Shown here one piece after another: positions 55,803 through 64,000 of a DNA stretch of 64,000 nucleotides. The notes under the pieces were generated by a model that searched no databases, was not told the origin of the DNA, and saw only the letters and a program-made list of their open reading frames with translations. Numbering within the stretch: position 1 is the first letter of the stretch; each line of letters starts with the position of its first letter. The position numbers were made by a program, and so were the translations under genes. The stretch is from NCBI GenBank assembly GCA_951406725.2, contig OX597832.1:42284001-42348000 (forward strand). The letters are read 5' to 3'. The stretch comes from Octopus vulgaris. Lineage: Eukaryota.

Positions 55803-56377
55803 AGTATGTACTTGTGTGAGTGCGTGTGTGTTAATGAATGTGTGTGTGACTGAGTGTGTGCATGTGGGTGAATGCGTGTGTGTCAGTGATTGTGTATGTG
55901 TGAATGAGCTTGTGTGTGTGTGTCTGTGTGTGTGTGTGTGCACGCGCGCGCGTATGCAGTGAATGTATATGCGTGGGTATGTGTGAGTATGTGCAAGTGA
56001 ATGTGTGTGCGTGTGTGTGTCAGTGAATGTGTATGTGAGTGAGTATGCGTGAGCGAGGGTGTATGTGTTATGTATCGTGTTTGTGTGTGTGTGTGTGTTT
56101 ATATGAGTGTGTATGCGTATGTATGTCTGTATGTGCGTGTATATATGTTTATGTGTACGTGTGCGTGTGTGTGTGTGCGTGTGTCTATTTCCTAAGATAA
56201 AGCTGGTTTAGACAGGAAGGTGGAGAAGCTCTTAGAAATATCTCAACTTATCTTGTGCAGATGCTGAAATAGGTCTGATTAGATATGTGTGTGTGTGTGT
56301 ATGTGGAAGGGAGGGGGGAAATTAACGGGTGGAGAAGGAGTGTGTAGGTGTCTTTAACGTTGGTATTGTTGCTGGTA

Positions 56378-56596
56378 AGGCGGCGAGCTGGCAGAAACGT
56401 TAGCCCGCCGGGCGAAATGCTTAGCGGTATTTCGTCTGCCGTTACGTTGTGAGTTCAAATTCAGCCGAGGTCGACTTTGCCTTTCATCCTTTCGGGGTCG
56501 ATAAATTAAGTACCAGTTACGCACTGGTGTCGATGTAATCGACTTAATACCTATGTCTGTCCTTGTTTGTCTCCTCTGTGTTTAACCCCTTGTGGG
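56378..56596 (+). mobile_element. SINE-B
   Basis: Colinear with consensus. Confidence 0.92.
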
Positions 56597-56984
56597 TGTG
56601 TGTGTGTGTTTATATGAGTGTGTATGCGTATGTATGTCTGTATGTGCGTGTATATATGTTTATGTTAGTAGTGATGCTGCTGATCATAGGGATGGTAGTA
56701 GTGGTGGTGGTGGTGGTGGTGATGGGGGTGGTGAAGCAGATTGTGATGATGATGATAATGGTGGTGCTGGTGCTGGTGGTGATGATGACGACGACGACGA
56801 TGATGATGATGGTGGTGGTGATGATGGTGAGAATGATGATGGCATTGAAGTTTTTGGTGGTGTTGATGGCGTTGGTGTTGATGATGATGGTGGTGGTTGA
56901 GATGGCGGTGACGTTGACGATGGTGGTTGTGTGTGTGTGTGTGTTGGTGGGTGGGGGAAAACAGAAATAGAATAAGTCCAGTGT

Positions 56985-57070
56985 TGTTCTTATTCTTTGG
57001 TCCCGAACTGCTAAGTTACGGAGATGTAAACACACCAGCATCGGTTGTCAAGTGATGACGGGAGGGGAGA

Positions 57071-57137
<67 letters not shown>

Positions 57138-57625
57138 GTATATATACGACAGGCTTCTTTCAGTTTCCGCCTATCAGATCCACTCTCAAGGCTTTGGTCG
57201 GCCTGAAGCTATAGTAGAAGACACTTGACCAAGGTGCCACGCAGTGGGACTGAACCCGGAACCACGTGGTTGTGCAGCACACAACCACGCCTGCGTTGTT
57301 ACAGTCATTTGACTGCGGCTATGCTGGAGTACCGCCTTGAAAGGATTTTAGTCGAAGAAATCGATCTCCCGGACTTATTCTTTGTAAGCCATAATACTTA
57401 TTGTATTGGTTTTTTTTTGCCGAACTGCTATGTTGCAGGGACATAAACACTCTAACATCGGTTGACAAGCGATGGTGGTGGTAGTGGTGGGGGGACAAAC
57501 ACAGACACAAAGATACACACACACTTAAATATACACATATATTTATATACAATGGGCTTCTTTCAGTTTCCGTCTACCAAATCCACTCAAAATGCTTTGG
57601 TCGGTTACCGGAACCATGTGGTTGA
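56985..57625 (-). mobile_element. Two tandem partial SINE-A copies
   Basis: 56985-57295 and 57300-57625. Confidence 0.8.
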
Positions 57626-57629
57626 GAAG

Positions 57630-57665
<36 letters not shown>

Positions 57666-58695
57666 AGAGAGAGAGAGTAAGAGAGAGAGAGAGACTAAGA
57701 GAGAGAGAGTAAGAGAGAGAGAGAGAAAGAGAGAGAAAGGGAGAGAGAATTAAAGAGAAAGAGAGAGAGGGGGAGAGAGAAATAGTTTATTCGTAATAGT
57801 TTAAGTAATGCTTCTTGTAACACGTTTGTAGACGATACATGTATAATAGAAAACCACAGCAAAAATTTAAATCCAAAACCGGGAGAAATAAAAAGTAAAA
57901 AAGAGGAACAAGGAAAGAAAAAAGAAGAAAAGAGAAAAAACAAACAACAAAACAAACAACAAAGAAAGTAAAAAAAGGAAATACATTTGGAGCGTAATGG
58001 CGGTGCTGGTGTTAGTGAGACGTGTTTTGAGATAAATTAACCATTTTTCTCTTCAACTGCACCACTATCAACACGTTTAAGACGCTTCTTCTTCTTCTTC
58101 TTCTTTTTTTTCTTCTTCTTCTTCTTTTTTCTTCTTTCGTCGTTCTTCTTCTTCGTCGTCGTCTTCTTCTCCCTCCTCCTCCCTCTCCACCCCCCGCTAC
58201 CCAACGCTTATCGCATCCGTCCTGCCACCTGCCACCTCACCCTTCCGCTTAAATAGAATCTCCTGCCCCCCCACCCCGCCCCACCGCAAACGATCTCACC
58301 TCTTCAATTGAACCTACAGCAAGGTTCATGGACACACACACACACACACACACATCTCCATACACACGCATAAAAGGTTCTATACACAAACATACGATCG
58401 CCTCGAACACGTTAATTCCTACACAATCGAGGCCAAACTGTTCTAAAACGTTCCACGAAATATTTGAGCGAAGTTAAACGATTTCAGAGCCGTGATTAGT
58501 GTCTGAAAGATAGCAATGGAACAAAATTGAAAAATAATTGCTATTTCCATCCTGAATAAATATGAATAAAAAATTTTGTCATTTCGGGAGTGTCCCGAAG
58601 AATTCGTATGTGGTCTCTTTCAGCCGATAACAGATAGAAAGTAAACAAACTAACTCCGGTTGACAAGCAGTGGCGAGCATTAAAAAAAGCACAAA

Positions 58696-58760
<65 letters not shown>

Positions 58761-59019
58761 ACACACACACACACACATACACTCACACACACACACACAC
58801 ACAGATACTCAATGCAACTATATGCATGAGAATACACACATGGAAAACAAAATATACAAATCTGTACATACATACATACATACATCCATACATACATCCA
58901 TACATACATACATAGCCTGTGGGTATTGAAATTCCAATGAAGGGGCCTTGGATCTAGTGTAGAAACCGGCCTTTCCTCTATTGCCAAGAACCCTTGAAAT
59001 AAAACTGAATAATGACATG

Positions 59020-59470
<451 letters not shown>

Positions 59471-59484
59471 CAAATTTACCTAAT

Positions 59485-59750
59485 CTTTTGCCGAACCCCT
59501 AAGTGACGGGGACGTAAACACACCAGCATCGGTTGTCAAGCAATGCTAGGGAGACAAACACACACACACACACATATATATATATACATATATACGACGG
59601 GCTTCTTTCAGTTTCTGTCTACCAAATCCACTCACAATGCTTTGGTCGGCCCGGGGCTATAGCAGAAGACACTTGCCCAAGATGCCACGCGGTGGGACTG
59701 AACCAGGAACCATGTGGTTGGTTAGCAAGCTACTTACCACTCCTGCGCCT
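59485..59750 (-). mobile_element. SINE-A, tail truncated, inverted to the adjacent copy
   Basis: Colinear with consensus. Confidence 0.9.
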
Positions 59751-59759
59751 AGTTAGCTG

Positions 59760-60802
59760 TAATTCTTTTTAATTTTTAAATTTAATTTAATTTTTAACCT
59801 TAAATTTTAATTCCCTAATCTGTATCCTTCATCTATTTAATTGTAGTTTTAACCTAAGCTAGGCATCTATTTTTAGTTATTTTATCCCCCCTGACCACTG
59901 ACCGCACCTAACCTGAATTTCATCTATTTAATTAATAGATATAAATACCTTCTTCCCCCACCTTACCAAAACCTTAACGCCTGACCTCTCACCCCGAACC
60001 GACACTTACAAAGAATAATACTGGCATCTTATCTTTTTATTTATATTCCTGATTTTTTTTATTTTTATTTTTATTTTACTTACTCTCTCTGCACCCATCC
60101 CATTCGTTTCTTTTCTCTCTTTCTCCTCTCTCTTCTACTCCCTCACTCACAACCCATATCTGTCTATCTTGATGTCTGTCTTTCTCACTCTGTACACCCG
60201 CGTGGACTACTTTACACTTAATCCATTACTTCAACATGAACACAACATTCAAAATAATGCCAAAATACTACCTGGATTTACTTGGGATTATACCTAACGG
60301 CCTATACCGTCACGGAAGTACGGACCAACCACCACACCCTCTGGAAAATATGAACTATAAACTTTATTAGCTTGTCTGTATTCTATCTACTTTTACTTTT
60401 TATTCTTCTATTTTATTCCCCTATAAACTGCGAATATCCCTGCCTGGAACTTTCATACATACTCACCTTGTCTCTGATGACGGAATATCCAGTGCACAAA
60501 CATGCTAGCTCATCACTTGGGATATCCCCAAAAAACAAGACTTCAAATCCACCTTACTCTAAATTATTACAAATGACTTGAGATACTCGTCCTGCCTTGG
60601 GTTTTGCTGTCCTTTTTCTCTAATATATATACACAGTGTACATTTAAACACGGTTTAGATGTCCATAATCGGATATCTAAACCGCTAGAAGGTGTAGTTA
60701 AAATCCAAAACCACAAGTCGTTTAAATGTGCACTGTAAATATTATAATAGTCTTTCTACACGCTAGGGGTAAAAAATTTCTAAATTTTACTACCCTGAAA
60801 TT

Positions 60803-60805
<3 letters not shown>
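59760..60805 (+). mobile_element. Probable PLE 3' region/pseudo-LTR with decayed hammerhead and terminal hairpins
   Basis: gtct-CTGATGA-stem II(ggaatatcc/ggatatcc)-...agac at 60470-60541; hairpins at 60633-60737 and 60767-60795; ends at (TA)n. Confidence 0.45.
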
Positions 60806-60829
<24 letters not shown>

Positions 60830-60833
<4 letters not shown>

Positions 60834-60995
60834 ACAGGCTTCTTTCAGTTTCCGTCTACCGAATCCGCTCACAAGGGTTTGGTCGGCCCGAGGCTATAGT
60901 AGGAGTCACTTGCCCAAGGTGCCACGCAGTGGGACTGAACCCAGAACCATTTTGTTGGTAAACAAGCTACATACCACACAGCCACTCCTGCACCT
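60830..60995 (-). mobile_element. SINE-A 5' half
   Basis: Colinear with consensus. Confidence 0.88.
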
Positions 60996-61104
60996 ATATA
61001 ATATATACATACATGTGTGTATGAGTGAGTGTGTGTGTGTGTGTTTATGTGCGTGTGTGTGTGAGAAGGAATGCATTTTGAATGCTCAGATAGTTCTACA
61101 CATT

Positions 61105-61136
<32 letters not shown>

Positions 61137-61901
61137 GGTGCGTGCGTGCGCGAATGGGAGCGCATGCGCGGGTAGCCTTTGTGCGAAAAAGAAAGCTGTA
61201 GAAATGTCAAAGGTCAAAGTAATAGTTGATAGATATATTAATACTAGTTAACTATTTGAAACCCCAGGCGGATAAACCACTCCCTTAGACGAAAATACCT
61301 CTTGTTAATTAGGGGTTGAAGGTCAAATCTTTTGAAGAATTAGCCCTAGGAGAAAAAACCTACATTGTTTGACACCATCCTGGATTATTTGGTGGAATTC
61401 AAGTCGCTTTCGTTCTTTTCTTCTCTTTATCTCTAATTCTAACACCTTCCCCTCCGGCTTCTCTCCCACTCTGGCTTCATTATGTGCGCGTGCACGTGTA
61501 ATGTATGTGTGTGTGTGTATGTGCGTGTATGTGTGTATGTATATATATATATATATATATATTATATCTATATATATATACATACACACATGTACACACA
61601 CACACACATATATATATATGCTCACACACTCACATGAACACACGTATATATATATATATATGTATATATAAATACACACACACTCACAAACACAGACATA
61701 TACACTCATATATATGTGCGCATGCACGTGTAATGTATGTGTGTGTGTATGTGTGTATATATATATATGCTCACACACTCACATAAACAAACACAAATGT
61801 ATATATAAATACATACACACTCATATATTTATGTGTGTATATATATACACACACACACACACATAGTTACGAGCACATGTACACACACACATTACTCGCG
61901 C

Positions 61902-61932
<31 letters not shown>

Positions 61933-62519
61933 AGTATGTATTTATTAGATATAAGTTTACATGCACACATTTATAAATGCATTTAGCCTCGCGATTTAAA
62001 AAAAAAATGAGCACACTATCAGTGTGTGTGTGTGTGTCTGTGTGCGAAGAATGTGTGTGTGTGTATGTGAGTTTTTGTGTGTGAATGAAAGAATTTGTAT
62101 AGATACAAAGCAACTCACACACATTCATAATCATATCTTTAAGTTGTATATGTATGTGTATGTATGTATTTGTGTGCATGTATATATATATATATATAAT
62201 ATATATATAATAGGTTAAAAATTAATGAGTGGGTGCGTTACATAAACAATATTTTCAGTATTAAATAAAATAAGACAAAAACGGAAAATATGACATCCCT
62301 GTACCTCTACCTCTCTCTCTTCTCTCTCCACGTGACCAGTGTTCGGCTATGCCTGACCTTTCTTTCTTGGTTCGACTACCATCCGTGCAACATCTAAATT
62401 CCTCCATGTGCCTGTCAAATCTCGTATCCCTGCCGTAAGGCTTTACTTCCACACACACCAGCTTAATCTAATTCGTCTTTAGTCGAAAGACACCCGTTGT
62501 TAATGTCCCGTTATTTGTA

Positions 62520-62805
62520 TTTGTGTACCATTTCTCCGCTTTTTTCCGTCCCTGTTTTCGTATACATTCGCTGCTTTCTTCCAAGGAATCTGGTGCTCTT
62601 AGCTTAGCTTTTCCTTGGGACTGGCCAGATCGTGGCAATTTCGAATATAACCAGCCGAAATTGCAAAGATAATCTGGAAGTCGACTGAGGAAAGAAAACT
62701 CCGAATGACCAGTCCTTGTTTTTTTGTATCATGTGTCTGGATGTTTTGTGGACCCTTTTTTGTATCACCTAACTATGTGGATGTTTTGCGTTCTTGTCTC
62801 ATTTA
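62520..62805 (+). mobile_element. Family F element, probably extending 5' to ~62220
   Basis: Colinear with 41640-41890. Confidence 0.75.
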
Positions 62806-62910
62806 TATATATACACACACACAGAGATGGTAAAAAACAAAAAATAAAGAAAAAACGAAAAAAAAAAAAACAGAAATAAAAACAACATCAATAATGACAA
62901 ATAATAATAA

Positions 62911-63151
62911 TTCTTTCTACTAAATGCACAAGGCCTGAATTTTGTGTGGAGGGGGACAGTCGATCCCATCGACCCCAGTGCTCAACTGGTACTTAATTTA
63001 TCGACCTCGAAAGGATAAAAGGCAAACTCGAACTCGGCGGAATTTCAACTCAGAACGTAGCTATTGATCTTAGCCATAAGTCTGAGCGGCAGACGAAATA
63101 CTGCTAAGCATTTCGCCCGGCGTGCTAACGTTTCTGCCAGCTCGCCGCCTT
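62911..63151 (-). mobile_element. SINE-B with ~26-bp internal insertion
   Basis: TSD gacaaataataataat starting at 62896 and 63154. Confidence 0.88.
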
Positions 63152-63157
63152 GAGACA

Positions 63158-63182
63158 AATAATAATAATAATAATAATAATA

Positions 63183-63232
<50 letters not shown>

Positions 63233-63266
63233 AATGATAATAATAATAATAATAATAGTAATAATG

Positions 63267-63303
<37 letters not shown>

Positions 63304-63329
63304 TAATAATAATAATAATAATAATAATG

Positions 63330-63384
<55 letters not shown>

Positions 63385-63386
63385 TG

Positions 63387-63430
<44 letters not shown>

Positions 63431-63443
63431 AATAATAATAATG

Positions 63444-63487
<44 letters not shown>

Positions 63488-63500
63488 AATAATAATAATG

Positions 63501-63559
<59 letters not shown>

Positions 63560-63560
63560 G

Positions 63561-63604
<44 letters not shown>

Positions 63605-63617
63605 AATAATAATAATG

Positions 63618-63679
<62 letters not shown>

Positions 63680-63680
63680 G

Positions 63681-63721
<41 letters not shown>

Positions 63722-63734
63722 AATAATAATAATG

Positions 63735-63787
<53 letters not shown>

Positions 63788-63800
63788 AATAATAATAATG

Positions 63801-63844
<44 letters not shown>

Positions 63845-63857
63845 AATAATAATAATG

Positions 63858-63919
<62 letters not shown>

Positions 63920-63926
63920 AATAATG

Positions 63927-63982
<56 letters not shown>

Positions 63983-64000
63983 AATAATAATAATGATAAT
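63158..64000. repeat. (AAT)n/(GAT) array running off the window end
   Basis: Directly visible. Confidence 0.97.

Noticed and set aside
58300-58313. 14-nt minus-strand micro-exon (tgtag|...|gtgag)
   Set aside because: Weak pyrimidine tract, not frame-preserving, expected by chance
61160-61220. NRF1-like GCGCATGCGC and DR1-like TGTCAAAGGTCA motifs
   Set aside because: Short motifs beside a (TGCG) repeat; no supporting context

Overview
AT-rich, repeat-saturated eukaryotic DNA with no complete protein-coding gene. The SINE set and microsatellite density point to an Octopus (cephalopod) genome; this is inferred from recall, not from a search. Almost all listed ORFs are microsatellite artefacts. 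Content: four tRNA-type SINE families (called A-D here), two hAT-type MITEs, a long palindromic element, decayed CR1-type LINE fragments and a decayed Neptune-type Penelope-like element (PLE; RT thumb, linker, GIY-YIG). There is also a probable minus-strand gene start (MAAANDSP plus GTAAGT donor at 10495-10471) in a SINE-poor, CpG-rich zone, and a few isolated candidate exons and promoters. Main finding: short elements embedded in (TA)n/(CA)n tracts carry minimal type-I hammerhead ribozyme motifs with a palindromic stem III. Two families have non-canonical cores (CCGACGA; CUGUAGA), and one copy lies directly 3' of the PLE ORF. A decayed HDV-like fold, nested and dimeric SINE insertions with clear target-site duplications (TSDs), and inverted SINE pairs able to form dsRNA are also present.
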